A stretch of 64,000 nt of DNA from a virus (lineage: Duplodnaviria; Caudoviricetes), in the IMG/VR virus record IMGVR_UViG_2648501420_000006, positions 7,710 to 71,709 of that record; one strand, given 5' to 3'. Below are positions 51,569 through 63,763 of the stretch, piece by piece. The notes under the pieces are model-generated. The model ran no database searches. It saw nothing but the letters and a program-made list of their open reading frames with translations, and was not told the origin of the DNA. Made by a program: the position numbers and the translations under genes. Position 1 is the first letter of the stretch. The number at the start of each line of letters is the position of its first letter.

Positions 51569-54435
51569 GAAATTAGAAGGACTGACCGTACAGCTAGGAC
51601 TTGATACGACACCGATCACATCGGCATTATCAGGCTTAACAAAGATTTCAATAACAGCCAAAAAGAACTTAGAGAGGTCAACCGGTTATTAAAGTTTGAT
51701 CCTGCCAATACCACCTTACTAGCTCAGAAGCAGGAGTTATTAGCCGACTCAATCAATACTTGCAGCGATAAATTAAAAGTATTAAAAGAAGCTGAATCAC
51801 AGGTACAAGAGCAATTTGAACGTGGCGACATCAAAGAAGAAAAGTATCGCGAATTTCAGCGCGAAGTTATAGCTACTGAAAACACATTAAAGTCACTGAA
51901 AAGTCAAGTAGATATAACGAACAAAACACTGGCAGATATGGGTTCAGCGGCAAAAGCAGCCGGTGAAAAAATGAACGCTGCCGGCGATAAGCTGCTGCCT
52001 CTTTCGGCTGCCTTAACGGGTGTAGCCACTGCCGCAGTGGCAGCAATGAATAATGTCGATGATGGTATCGACCGAATCGCAACAGCAACTGGCGCGACTG
52101 GCGACAAGTTGAAAGCAATGACAGACATTTATTATGATGTTGTTACTAAAATGCCGGTTGAGTTTGAGACTGCGGGCGCCGCCATCGGTGAGATCAATAC
52201 ACGCTTTGGATACTTAGGAGATCAACTTGCCGATTGCACCGAGGACTTTTTGAAGTTTGCGAAAGTTAATAAGATGGATGCCACAGAATCAGTGCGTTTG
52301 GTGTCGCGAGCGATGGGCGATGCTGGTATTGACGCATCGGAATACAAGCGTGTACTTGATTTAATGACAAAGGCTGCTCAGGATAGCGGCATCAGCGTTA
52401 GTAAGCTTGCTGAAAGTGTCACAACGTTTGGTGCGCCAATGCGTGCGCTCGGCTTTGATATGGATGAATCCATCGCTTTGTTTGCATCATGGGAAAAAGC
52501 CGGCGTAAATGCAGATACGGCGTTCTCAGGATTAAAAAAATCAATCAGCACATGGGCATCCGAAGGCAAGGATGCAAGAGAAGAATTTAAGAAAACACTT
52601 GACGAGATCAAAGCTACACCGGATATCGCAGAAGCGACTACAAAAGCGATCGAAGTGTTTGGTACAAAAGCAGGACCCGATCTTGCCGATGCAATCAAGG
52701 GTGGCCGTTTTGAATATGAGGAATTTTTAACTACATTGCAAGGCTCAACCAATGTGATAGACAGTACATATGGCGCTATTGTGGATGATGTAGATGCTAC
52801 GCAGGTAGCAATACAAACAGCACAAGTAGCCTACATGACATCGGCGAAACGATCATGGTTACTGTCGGGCCAATACTTAAAGACTTATCAGATGGATTAA
52901 GAGATGTGACACAACACTTCAATGCTCTTGACAATGGCACTAAAAAAGCCATTATCACAGCCGGTGGTATGGCGATTGCTGCGGGTCCTGTATTAAAGGC
53001 TACTGGCGGTATTACTACTGGAATCGGCAATATCATGACCGGGTTATCAAAATTAAAGCCGCTGATTAAAAGCACAGAAGCAGTATCGACAGCAGCCGGT
53101 GTCGCGAGTGCTTCTGCCGCTGCCTTACCGATGGCTCCGTTATTGGCAACGGTTGGCGCGATCGCTGCGGTCACGGCCGGTATCGGCTTACTGATCATCG
53201 CTGTACAAGACCAAAAGTCTGAAGAGCGCGAGCTGATCGATACGGTAAATGAAGAAGCTGAAGCGTGGCAAAATCTGAAAGAAACACAGGAGCAGCGAAT
53301 CGAAAAAGGTATGGAAGAATTATCTTATACTGAAACGATGATCGCAAAGCTTGAAGAAATGACAGACAGTGAAGGTAACTTGACTGGCAGTCGTGAACAG
53401 GCATTATTTTACATAGAAGAGATCAATAAAGTAATGCCGGATGCAATCAAACTCAACGAGGATAACACTATATCCATCAATGAGGGGAAACAGGCACTTG
53501 ATGAGCTGATTAAATCAAAGCAAGCTCAAATCTATTTGGAAGCAATGGAACCTGCATACAAAGAAGCTATTGTAAATTATCAAAAAAAGATCATTGAACA
53601 AGGCAAATTGTCGGCACAGGTGAATGAACTTGAAGCCGAGACATTGCGATTGAAAGCGCAAGCCGAAGAAGATGGCACAGAAAAGAGTGCTATTGCTTAC
53701 GGTAACAAAATGGGCCTTTTAGCTGAGATGAAAAGCGCCCTCGAAGAAAATACGACTACGACCGTTGATATGTATAAAACGATCCAAGATTATGAGGGTA
53801 TGACAGTAGCTATCCAATCGGGCAATTACGATGAATTAACTAAGCTAATGGATGATTACAATCAAGCACAGCTGCACGGTGCGGAACTTGCCAATCAGAA
53901 CGCTTTAGAGCAAGCTGAGACACGTTATAACGATGCGGTGGCAGCTTATGAAGGCTGGTTTCACTTGCCGAAGAAAAAGGCATGGAAATAACCGATGCGG
54001 AAATTGATGCAGCTAAAAAGGCGGTAGATGATGCTCAGAGTGAGTTAAACACAATCGGCAATAACATGATGACAGGCATCGCGACCGGAGTAGCTGCCGG
54101 AACAACTTTTGCGGTCGGTGCTGTGTCAACAGTCATGAATCGTATGATCGAGGAAGCGCGTAGAAAGGCAGCCGAAGTGGACGCGGCGATGAATGGCAAC
54201 GAATATGACGGAAGCCATCGAAATGGACTGAATTATGTGCCTTTTGACGGATACCGCGCTATTTTGCATGAGGGTGAAAAGTGTTGACAAAAAGTGAAGC
54301 AAATGCGGAGAGAAGCGGTGACAGCAAGACAGAAATTAAGGTCACACAAAACATATATACAAAATCCGTAAACGCATCGGCGCAGCAGCGCGAAGCTGCT
54401 AGAGCTTATAAAAAGATGGCGCTGGAGGTGAATTA
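51561..54435 (+). CDS. Tape measure protein (several frameshifts)
   Basis: LKFDPANTTLLAQKQELL, phage minor-tail region, GLNYVPFDGYRAILHEGE. Confidence 0.9.
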
Positions 54436-54439
54436 GTTA

Positions 54440-55276
54440 GTGCTATACGATGAAAAATTGATTTATACGAACGAACAAGGAGCAAGCGTTGAAATGTCAT
54501 GGTTTGCGCTGCTGAATGTGATTAATTATGACGACAGTTTACCAGTAAACTACTACACAAATAAAAACGCTGGGCAGGATGGCGAAACGCTATCCTCTCA
54601 GTCCTTTGATGTACGTAGTTTAACGATTGATTGTGTTTATCAGGTACAAGATGATATAGGCGTGTATGAGCGTAATTTAAAGCGTGTCTTTAACCCAAGA
54701 TTAAAGGGTACGTTGAAGCATATCGGTAAAGATTTTGAAAGAGAGATCAGTGTTAAACTAAACGAGATACCGACTATTAAACACTCAGACGGAAAGGGTA
54801 CATTGATGCTTGATTTTGTGGCTCATGCTCCTTTTTGGCAAGATGTGCCGCGCACTGAATATCTTGCGTTTGTTGAAGCTGCTTTGTCTTTTCCGCTAAC
54901 GTTTATCGGCGGTATGAGTTTTGGCATTCGCAGAAATTCGCTGGTAAGTAATATTGATAATGTTGGCGACGTTGACTGTGGTTTTAAAGTAACCTTTAAG
55001 GCAAGCGGCGGTACCGTCAGCAACCCTTATATCAAAAAAGACAATAAGTATATACGTCTAAATTATGAGATGCAGAAAGGTGATTTAATCACTGTAGATA
55101 TGCTTGGACAATCACCGGTTATCTACCTCAATGAGGTCAAGGACAGCACGATCTTAAAACGAAAGGAAACAGAATTTTTCAATCTTGATGTAGGACAGAA
55201 TGAAGTTGAATATAACGCAGAAAGGAATGTCACAAACCTAGATGTAATCGTGACATACAGGCCGCAGTATTTATGA
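54440..55276 (+). CDS. Distal tail protein (Dit)
   Basis: AGQDGET, VFNPRLKGTL, FVAHAPFW, NVGDVDCG, LDVGQN. Confidence 0.85.
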   Translation: MLYDEKLIYTNEQGASVEMSWFALLNVINYDDSLPVNYYTNKNAGQDGETLSSQSFDVRSLTIDCVYQVQDDIGVYERNLKRVFNPRLKGTLKHIGKDFEREISVKLNEIPTIKHSDGKGTLMLDFVAHAPFWQDVPRTEYLAFVEAALSFPLTFIGGMSFGIRRNSLVSNIDNVGDVDCGFKVTFKASGGTVSNPYIKKDNKYIRLNYEMQKGDLITVDMLGQSPVIYLNEVKDSTILKRKETEFFNLDVGQNEVEYNAERNVTNLDVIVTYRPQYL

Positions 55277-56260
55277 TGTATCTATATAGAGATTTTAAGC
55301 TTATCGAGATCATAGCAGCTTATGTATCTTTGGAATATACATTAAAACACCGTGGGGCTGGTACATTTACGTTAACACTTAATGATGGTGAGTCTGCAAA
55401 GTCTTTTTATCAAAATGATGTTTTGATGATTGATGATGATGCTTTCGTGGTCGAAAATATCCATGTGTTCTCTGATAATGGAATCAACACATATGAAATA
55501 TCCGGATTGCATATCAACTCATTATTGAGCAGGCGGGTGATTAGTTCGTTTACCTTCAGCGCAGATCAAAGCTAATGAAAATCAGATCGAAAAACTGCTG
55601 AACGAAAATTTTATAAATCCAGCTGATGAAAGCAGAAAAATAGAGGGATTTGCATTTAGCTCGCAAGGCATAGAAAACACACCGACAGTCAATTACACCT
55701 TAAAAAACATGGAAGTGTCAGAGGCGGCCAATACTGCTTTAGCACGTGCTGATTTAGGTTATACAATTGATTATCTACCCGAAGAGCATCAATATAGTTT
55801 TAGGCTGATACAGGGGCGTGATAAAACGGCTGATGTTATTTTCTCTGACCGCAATAATAACATCGCAAATAAAGATGTTTATCAACAGCAGCAGGATTAC
55901 AAAAACGTAGGCTACTTAAATAATGACGGAAAGCTGACAAGCAAAGGAACTGCCGGCGGAATCAATCGTCGAGAGTTTATCGTCGAGGGATCAGACGAAA
56001 CCGCGCTTGATGAGCAGCTTGCAGAAAGCAAGGCACTCGTTAGCGCAGAGTTTGAGGTTATCGATAACGAATTGTATCAATACGGCAGAGATTATAAACT
56101 CGGTGATGTCGTGACTTTTGAGGACTATGAAAGTAACTTAACAGCACAGCGACCTTTGTTAGAGGTTGTTTTTTATTGTACTGATACAGTCACAAGGACC
56201 ACTACATTTGGCGATACAATACCAACGATATTCGATAAATTAGCAAAGAAAGGAAGGTGA
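55273..56260 (+). CDS. Tail-tip protein (ReqiPepy6 gp37-like), frameshift near 55570
   Basis: GAGTFTL, SLLSRRV, YGRDYKLGDVV. Confidence 0.75.
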
Positions 56261-56264
56261 TGGG

Positions 56265-57211
56265 ATGGAAAAATATTTTCCGTTTGACGGGCAATTGGTC
56301 GATGGTAAATCAGATAGAGTTTACTATGCAAATGACTTTACCAACTATTTTAAACCATTTTTCCGCAATGGCATATTTGCAAGTCAGGGCGATGGATTGA
56401 TGGTGCTATCGCTTGACGACAACATGTTTATATCGTTAATGGACGGGCGCTCGATCATTGAGGGACATGGCTACCAAAATGACAATAAAGACGGCGTAAA
56501 GAAAATGCGTATCGCTAACTCGGATATAGCACAAGACCGCATCGATATAGTGGTAAATCGCTTAAATAGGGTTGACCGTATGATTACTACGATAGTCATT
56601 AAAGGTGAGCTGTCAGATGCGCCGGTACCGCCTGCTATCGTGCGTAATGATGATTACTATGACTTAAAGCTCGCCGAGGTCTATGTGCGCAGTGGCGTAG
56701 ATAAGATACAGCAAGCGGATATCACCGATTTAGAGGCGACGAAGAAGCTTGCGGATGGGTAACGGGTTTGATTGATAGTATCAATGCTACTGCGTTTTTT
56801 AAGCAGTATCAAATCGCTTACGATGCGTTTGTTAAAGAAACTTACGCTAAGGCGGAGGATCTGTTTGACCTGATACGTAACCTTTTGGACACGGATCAAG
56901 CTGCTTATTTACTAGGACTAATTAACCAGTTAAAAATGTATCCGAAAGTAGAACCATATGTATTAAAAGCTAATCAATGGCAGGAAACTGCTGACGGTTT
57001 GACTTACACTATCACGGATAATCGATATACATATCTTGGCTCATACTGGGAGCTAATCGCCGAGCCGGATATGGATAAAGCGGAACAAAAACTGCTCACT
57101 AATGCAAGAATTGCGTCGATTGATGATAAGCAAGACGGCAAACTGATTATCCATGCTGTGGGTGTTAAGCCTACTGATGATATACATATCAGCATAAAGA
57201 TTGAGAGGTGA
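56265..57211 (+). CDS. Upper baseplate (BppU-like) protein with C-terminal beta domain (frameshift near 56740)
   Basis: DRVYYANDF, RIDIVV.RL, IQQADITD. Confidence 0.7.
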
Positions 57212-57215
57212 TAAG

Positions 57216-58586
57216 ATGCCGGTAGGAAGTAAAAATATATTAGATTTTGAATCAACAGGTTATCCGGGTGACATTATTTTAAATTATGATGATGACTTGA
57301 CGACAGAAAATTCAGGAATTATAAAATTGGATGGCAGCGCGTATATGCGAAAAGATTACAAACAAGTAGAAAAATTTTTTGGCAGCGCCGATGTCACTCC
57401 ATATCTACACGCCGTAGAAGTATGCAACCGCAGTACAACAGCCGATGTTTATTCCGAGTGGCTAGCTGATAAATATGAGGATACAATCGCAATAGCATAT
57501 TTAAAAAGAGCGGCAAGTTCCTACTCTTCCACATATACGCAAGTATGGTTATCATTAGATAGTGGTAAAACATTTAAAACTATACAAAGCGAAACTTCGT
57601 CGTCAATATTTGGCGATGCATCAGGCTATGCCCGTAGAATGATTAGGTGGAAAAATAAGACCGTTATAGCATACAGGAACAAAGAAGGGACCGGCAATAC
57701 ATATCTAGTATATTACGTTGATGGAGTGACAAATAATAAATCTATCACTTTTTCGGCAAGTCAATACAAAGAAGCTAGTATCGATTTATATTTGTTTGAT
57801 AAATTCTTATTCTTGCGGCATGCAGATTATAACGATGAAACAAAATATCATTTTGTTTATGTCAATTTAGACGAAGATACGCTAACACGTAAGGAGCTAG
57901 ATGTGGGAGATTGTGATATTTCGCAAGAAAGGAATATAGCTGTATTAAGAAATATCGGCCAATTGATAGTAGGCGATATAAAAAAAGGCAAATTGAGGGT
58001 GTATGAAAAAGATTTGACATATAAAGAATATGATTTTACTCTGCCGAAGTATAGTGATGGAACTGCAGTTACTGTATATACAAATAGAATGGCCTATGTT
58101 AATGGTGAGTATGTTGCAACAAAAGGGTATGGCACGTCAGACAAAGATGTAGCAAGGACAAAAGATTTCTTGAATTGGGAAGTTTTAAGCGTGGCTGGTC
58201 AAACACGCTGCACAAGATACCTCACCGAATATAGTGGTGATGTGTTTTTTTATGATACTAGTGCGAGCAAACCGTATTCGATTAGTTGTATGTCGTCGGC
58301 AGATTATAAATCTGCTGGCAAATATAGCACACCATCTGGACTTGTAGGCGCAAAAGGCTCACCGGTGTGCATGTTAGGAGACGTTGAACGAGATGAAAGC
58401 GGCACTTATATCAATTGGCTGTATACAAATATTGTTGATACGATAACAAACATGTATATATATAAGGTTTATTTTAGAGCGCCGTCCGAATGGTTTATGA
58501 CCCCAAGCATGTCGACGCTTTCTGCAACTACATTTGGATCCGGAACAATAAAAAAGACCATACATCAGAACGGAGTAAATTTATGA
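57216..58586 (+). CDS. Tail fibre protein with tail-collar-like motif
   Basis: YPGDII...IKLDGSAYMRKDY; sialidase-type SLDSGKTF repeat; beta-propeller-like body. Confidence 0.6.
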   Translation: MPVGSKNILDFESTGYPGDIILNYDDDLTTENSGIIKLDGSAYMRKDYKQVEKFFGSADVTPYLHAVEVCNRSTTADVYSEWLADKYEDTIAIAYLKRAASSYSSTYTQVWLSLDSGKTFKTIQSETSSSIFGDASGYARRMIRWKNKTVIAYRNKEGTGNTYLVYYVDGVTNNKSITFSASQYKEASIDLYLFDKFLFLRHADYNDETKYHFVYVNLDEDTLTRKELDVGDCDISQERNIAVLRNIGQLIVGDIKKGKLRVYEKDLTYKEYDFTLPKYSDGTAVTVYTNRMAYVNGEYVATKGYGTSDKDVARTKDFLNWEVLSVAGQTRCTRYLTEYSGDVFFYDTSASKPYSISCMSSADYKSAGKYSTPSGLVGAKGSPVCMLGDVERDESGTYINWLYTNIVDTITNMYIYKVYFRAPSEWFMTPSMSTLSATTFGSGTIKKTIHQNGVNL

Positions 58587-58855
58587 TATACGTAACAAAA
58601 AGAAACAACATTGCTGTATTTACTGCCTATGAGCCGGACACGCCATTTTTTGCAATTGACGCATTGCCAAACTGCCCCTATCAAAATGACAATGAACATA
58701 AAGTAATATGGCGGTGCGACATCGAAAATCAAAAAGTGTGGTACGAAATTGAATACATTGAGCAGCCAACGCAATTAGACAGAATCGAAGAAATGTTAAT
58801 CGAAACCAATTTGGAAGTGCAGTATCTTTCAGCATTAAAAGAGCTGGGAATATGA
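58583..58855 (+). CDS. Fibre chaperone-like protein
   Basis: Ends QLDRIEEMLIETNLEVQYLSALKELGI; similar to 12966-13311. Confidence 0.55.
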   Translation: MIYVTKRNNIAVFTAYEPDTPFFAIDALPNCPYQNDNEHKVIWRCDIENQKVWYEIEYIEQPTQLDRIEEMLIETNLEVQYLSALKELGI

Positions 58856-58877
58856 GAAAAGGAGGTATTATCACAGT

Positions 58878-60439
58878 ATGATTAAAAATAGTTTAAATAT
58901 TCGGGGGGGTATATCTGCTAATAATTTAGTTAGTGATTTTATTTCCCCGTGGTATCTGTTAGCACATGCCGGCAATCCGCGGCCATTTAAAGATTTGGGA
59001 AATGAAACGTTGTTGAGCCCTATCACAGCGGTTTGTATACCTATGCCTATACAAAAAATTATCTTGTATTTTTACAGCAAGCGAGTGACGAGGTATATAT
59101 TTACATCGAAATATATAAACTCGGAACGTGGGAAACCGTATTAAAAAGGACACTTTTTTCAGAATACTCAAATAAATCAGTATTAGGTGGCAATATTGCT
59201 TTAAAAATGACATATAACGATGATGTTTATTTGATTGCTGATGGCTTTTCGTCAATTTTAAACATAAAAGTGGATGAGACACAAGCAAGTAAATACGTCT
59301 TTAATCTTATTGCGCTGCCAAGAAAAATGACAGATTATGTATCTGTCTGCACACTCGGTGATACTGCATACATGTTTGGATTTAGGACAGATAGCGGTAC
59401 ATCATCAAGTGCCAACACTACATACACAAGTATCATTAAATTTGATGCAGCAACTAAAGCAATTACTGTATTAGGCGTAAGCACTGCAGACATGGGTTTT
59501 AATGCAGGCGGTCAAAATTCCAGTAACACACAATTATCAGCCGGAGTATATGGCTGCTTCCCATATAGAGACAGCGAGATCATGATTTTTGGCAAACACG
59601 CAGATAATGATTTAAAAACAGTGCGTATGGTCTTGTATAATACCCTAACGGGTGAGTATAAAAACGTTACTGATGATCTCGATTTTGTATATCTCAAGAA
59701 ATTAAGTATTTTTAGTACCTTGTTTAGCAATTCTACAAGTTCAATAAAAAGTGCAAGAAAAAGTGTAGCCTCTGACGGTTTAGTTAAATACGAAACTTCT
59801 AACGCCATAATCGCACCAACAGGGGGTGGCAATTCCAACAATGCTCGATGGTATTTGGATAATAAAAATTCGGCGTATATCTATTTGAGGGAAAATATTA
59901 TTATCGATACAAAAGAAAAGAAATTGTATAGTACATGGGTTCCGGAACTTACATCGGCATCTATATATAACAGCGGTTCTTATAGCGGCGGCAGATCGGG
60001 TATGAATTATAGTTGGCTAGGCGCAAACAGCACATTTCAGCAAGTTCCCGCAGGAGTCAGTATAACTGGCATTGATATACAGCGTGCGCTCGTATATGAC
60101 TTAAATCGTAAATCAATCAAAGCTTTTTCGATGGATACGACCGATACAAGGTTGAGGGCAGTCGGTGCGATGATGATAGATTTTGTAGTGGTTGTAAAAA
60201 AGGGAGTTCAGGTTAAACCATTTTCCGAGATACCGTCACCAATGCAAGTGCGATTTATCAGACCTTCTAATTTATCTATTATCGATTACGAACCGGACGC
60301 AGAAGGCTATTATGACGTGCAGGAAGAATGTTATTTATATATGGCAATCGAAAATGATCGCGTACAAAAGGCATCCTCAATGCCGCTTGACGGCTATCCG
60401 TACATCAATGAGCAGCCATTTAAGATTTTGGTTAGATAG
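58878..60439 (+). CDS. Putative receptor-binding/tail fibre protein A (frameshift near 59008)
   Basis: Paralogue of 9329-10900; kelch-like motif. Confidence 0.6.
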
Positions 60440-60442
60440 GAG

Positions 60443-60826
60443 GTGCAAGACATGTTAAACAAATTAGATGGTTATGATGTAACAGCAGCTGAACTGCAAG
60501 AATATCTTGCTGGATTGACAGGGCCGGCATTTGATGTAGAGGTACTAAAAAAAGGAAATATCTATGAAGTGTACTGCAACGGTACACTTTTATATTACTC
60601 AGAAATTGAAATCAAAGCTGATGAAGAACAGGAACGGCTTGAAGATTGCTGGCAGATTGAGCAAGCGCAGATCCATTTTACTGACAGAAAGATTATGCCG
60701 GTGCCTGAGCCTGAACCATTGCCAGTATTAACGGATAGGGAATTAATGCAGCAGATATTAGACATACAAATCGAGCAAGCGCTAAACATTGAATATATGG
60801 CTTGTTTGAAAGAATTAGGAATTTAA
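60443..60826 (+). CDS. Fibre chaperone-like protein
   Basis: Paralogue of 10907-11312; C-terminus LNIEYMACLKELGI. Confidence 0.55.
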   Translation: MQDMLNKLDGYDVTAAELQEYLAGLTGPAFDVEVLKKGNIYEVYCNGTLLYYSEIEIKADEEQERLEDCWQIEQAQIHFTDRKIMPVPEPEPLPVLTDRELMQQILDIQIEQALNIEYMACLKELGI

Positions 60827-60842
60827 AGAAAGGAGCTTAACT

Positions 60843-61019
60843 ATGGCTACAACCACAATTACTTATCAAAGGCTAGAAGATTATATTAACAATCAAAAAC
60901 GAGCCGGAATGATGAACGAAACGGCAAGGGAAATACTAAAAATCAAACTAGATGTATTTCTTTTGGCAAATCGCATCAGTGAAAGTCAGTACAGTGTACT
61001 TATGAAGTTAATGGAGTAA
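60843..61019 (+). CDS. XkdX-like small protein (58 aa)
   Basis: Translated by eye: ...IKLDVFLLANRISESQYSVLM; aggag RBS. Confidence 0.6.
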   Translation: MATTTITYQRLEDYINNQKRAGMMNETAREILKIKLDVFLLANRISESQYSVLMKLME

Positions 61020-61023
61020 GCAG

Positions 61024-61293
61024 ATGTTCGGCTATGAAATAATAAAGAAGAAAAAGAAGCGCGATCCGCTCCGCTTCAGCAAAAAGATTATGTATATTAG
61101 TTTTGCATTTTTGACGCTGTATGTTACGGCGTCTTTTTTATTGGCATACCGATCCATGACAACGCTGGACAGTCAATTGACGATCTGTGTGTTCGCGTTC
61201 TGGGGGACTGAATGCTTCAGCAATGCTTGGATCAAAGTATCTAAAATAAAACATCTGAAGGAGGAAAATAAAGATGAACTATCTAATGAATAA
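61024..61293 (+). CDS. Two-TM membrane protein (lysis region)
   Basis: RFSKKIM..TM...FAFWGTEC motif. Confidence 0.65.
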   Translation: MFGYEIIKKKKKRDPLRFSKKIMYISFAFLTLYVTASFLLAYRSMTTLDSQLTICVFAFWGTECFSNAWIKVSKIKHLKEENKDELSNE

Positions 61294-61615
61294 CTGGTTT
61301 ATGATTGTAGCACTCTTAGCAGTGCTTTTTATTTGCTTCATGGCTGCCAAAAAGTGGCTTGACAAGCCAACTGCCGAGCAGGTGGCGAATATTAAGGAAT
61401 GGCTGTTATTGGCGGTTACAGAGGCAGAGAAACAACTAGGAGGCGGTACAGGACAGCTTAAGCTAAGATTTGTTTATGATTGGGCGGTGGATCGGTTCTC
61501 GTGGGTGGCAGTTATCCCATTTACGACCTTCAGCTCTTGGGTTGACGAAGCGTTAAATGAGATGAAAAAGCAGCTGGCAGTGAATGAAGCTGTGAAAGCC
61601 TACATTGAGGGATAA
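61274..61615 (+). CDS. Holin (LL-H-like)
   Basis: AVTEAEKQLGGGTGQLKLRFVYD. Confidence 0.75.
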   Translation: MNYLMNNWFMIVALLAVLFICFMAAKKWLDKPTAEQVANIKEWLLLAVTEAEKQLGGGTGQLKLRFVYDWAVDRFSWVAVIPFTTFSSWVDEALNEMKKQLAVNEAVKAYIEG

Positions 61616-62034
61616 TGATGGAATGGATCAAGCAGAACATTCTGCTGCTCATCGCTATTATTAGCGTCTGCGTTGAAATAACGCCTGTAAAAATAAATCC
61701 TATCTCTCATTTATTAAAGTGGGCAGGCAAATTGATAAACGAAGGTATCAATAAAAGAATCGATGATATAGAGAAAGAACTTGCTACCATGCGTCAAGAA
61801 AATTACGAAAAGGACGTCCGCGATATGCGGGGTGAAATATTGGATTTTGCCAATTCTTGTCACAACAAAAGGAAGCACACAAAAGACGAATTTATCCATA
61901 TCATCGAGCAAATAACACGCTATGAAGAACTCATTGAAGAGCATAACATCGCCAATGGTGTGATAGAGGTACAGGCAAAATATATCAAAGATTTATATAA
62001 AGAGTGTCTACGAGAAGGCACTCTTTTGAGTTAG
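61615..62034 (+). CDS. Lysis-region membrane-anchored protein
   Basis: VEITPVKINP..HLLKWAGK, RGEILDFANSC, YEE...NG. Confidence 0.7.
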   Translation: MMEWIKQNILLLIAIISVCVEITPVKINPISHLLKWAGKLINEGINKRIDDIEKELATMRQENYEKDVRDMRGEILDFANSCHNKRKHTKDEFIHIIEQITRYEELIEEHNIANGVIEVQAKYIKDLYKECLREGTLLS

Positions 62035-62042
62035 GAGGAAGA

Positions 62043-62765
62043 ATGAAAACAGCAAAACAATTGGTTGAATATGTAAAAAAGAAGGCAGCCGAACCTAAAA
62101 CTATTTATGTATTGGGTTCATTTGGCCAGCAGCTTACAACTGCCTTCTTAAATCAGAAATGCCGGCAGCTTGCTTGGAATGAGCAGAACAGAAATATCCT
62201 TCAGCAATACACCGATCAAGGCTATCAAGCCTTTGACTGCTGCGGACTTATCAAGGCTTTCTTATGGGACGACGATCCTAAAAATTATAAAGTTGCAGAG
62301 GATGAAAATGAAGCCACCATGCTTGCAAGAGCAAAAGTAAAGGGCAAGATTGCATCCATGCCGGAACGGCCGGGAATCCTTGTTTTTATGCCCGGACATG
62401 TCGGTATATATATTGGTGGCGGCGAAGTCGTCGAATGCACACCATCAGAATCACTCGGAGGATGGGGCGTACTAACCACAAAACTAAAAGGTAGAGGCTG
62501 GACTGATTGGGCTGAATATGCCTGCATCAGCTACGATACACCATCAGGATGGCAGCAAACTGAAGGATGCTGGTTTTATTTCTTGAACGGTGAAACGCTT
62601 AAAGGCTGGCGCTGGCTGCCTGTGTCAAATGGATCTGATGCATGGGGATGGTTTTACTTCAATCCAACCAACGGCATCATGCAGGCGAATAAATGGGTAA
62701 AATTCACAGATGGAAAGGAATATGAATTAGGAAAGAACGGCAAATGGACCGGTAATGCTAAATAA
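62043..62765 (+). CDS. Endolysin: NlpC/P60-like peptidase + cell-wall binding repeats
   Basis: FDCCGLIK, GHVGIYIG, W.Q..G.WFYF / WFYFNP..G.M repeats. Confidence 0.85.
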   Translation: MKTAKQLVEYVKKKAAEPKTIYVLGSFGQQLTTAFLNQKCRQLAWNEQNRNILQQYTDQGYQAFDCCGLIKAFLWDDDPKNYKVAEDENEATMLARAKVKGKIASMPERPGILVFMPGHVGIYIGGGEVVECTPSESLGGWGVLTTKLKGRGWTDWAEYACISYDTPSGWQQTEGCWFYFLNGETLKGWRWLPVSNGSDAWGWFYFNPTNGIMQANKWVKFTDGKEYELGKNGKWTGNAK

Positions 62766-62810
62766 AAATAACGCTCACTCTCAATTAAGATAGTGAGCGC
62801 TTTTTATTTT
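62764..62810. terminator. Bidirectional terminator
   Basis: cgctcact...agtgagcg with A- and T-tracts between convergent genes. Confidence 0.75.
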
Positions 62811-63411
62811 TCTTTCAGAACTGCCTTCCTATATTGATTTCTTTCTTTTAAAAGCTTTTCTAAATCTCTTTTTACACCCCTTTTTATGTCACCGATGCAA
62901 TAAGAAATCTGCTTTTGTTTTTTTCTGCAATATTCCGAACACAAGTTATTATTTTTTTTTGATGCGAATGTCTTCATGCAATATATGCATATCTTTTTTC
63001 GCTCACTTCTTAATTTTTTCTTTGCTTCCATAATTTCTGGATTATTTTTTATTATTTCTTTTTTGTGCTCTCGCTGCCATTTTAACGATTCTTTTTGTTT
63101 GCAATCAGGACAATATTTTTGCCTACCAGAGTTTACCACATATTCTTTTCCACATGATAAGCAGGTGTCTTTGCTGCCTATAAGCCGAGATACAGGGGGA
63201 GCTTTATACGCTCGCCGAGCCTCTAATCTACATGCCGGACATCTTTTGGCTCTCGGTCCTCCAATAAAACTGATGCCGCAATCAGTACAAATACGGGGTT
63301 TCAAAGAACTTCTTTTTTACTTTCTTTAGCGCAATTTGCACATAATCTGCTATTGACTTCACCATAATATCCGATGCCACATTTTGCGCATTTATGCAAT
63401 GTTTTTTTCAT
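62804..63411 (-). CDS. Multi-zinc-ribbon protein (frameshift near 63310)
   Basis: MKKTLHKCAKC..LCANC, then CTDC..CPAC, CLSC..CPDC, CIYC..CSEYC. Confidence 0.7.
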
Positions 63412-63418
63412 TTTCTAT

Positions 63419-63748
63419 TTAATTCATCACCAAATAAAACGTAAGCGATGAACTTTTTTCATGTGGAGAAGGTGTAACTTTTTCGAATACCCACTTTTCA
63501 AGGGTACTCGAACTTACTCCTAGCTTGCCCGCTAGTTTCGGCATTGACAATCCACTAAATTCTTTAAGCTCAGCAAACGTCATTCTAGATAGCTTGTAGG
63601 CCGTTTTTAGTATGGCCGCGATTTCTTCATCCGCATATTCATTCATCCACTCTTGCCATCCACGTTCGGCAATAAATAGATCCATATTATCGTATATCTG
63701 AGCTTCTTCGTACAATCTTGCAAATAAATCAAATGGTGTGTAAATCAT
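63419..63748 (-). CDS. Acidic N-domain + C-terminal HTH protein
   Basis: LKEFSGLSMPKLAGKLGVSSSTLEKW. Confidence 0.75.
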   Translation of the reverse strand: MIYTPFDLFARLYEEAQIYDNMDLFIAERGWQEWMNEYADEEIAAILKTAYKLSRMTFAELKEFSGLSMPKLAGKLGVSSSTLEKWVFEKVTPSPHEKSSSLTFYLVMN

Positions 63749-63763
63749 TTTTGTTTCCTCCTC

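Noticed and set aside
9329-60439. Fibre paralogues as DGR template/variable repeats
   Set aside because: No reverse transcriptase ORF in the window, and differences are spread over all bases and mostly synonymous-type rather than adenine-specific
206-63329. Numerous 60-130 aa ORFs antisense or out of frame to well-supported genes (e.g. 206-550, 1457-1852, 41381-41767, 52378-52752, 62976-63329)
   Set aside because: Shadow ORFs without RBS or recognisable motifs
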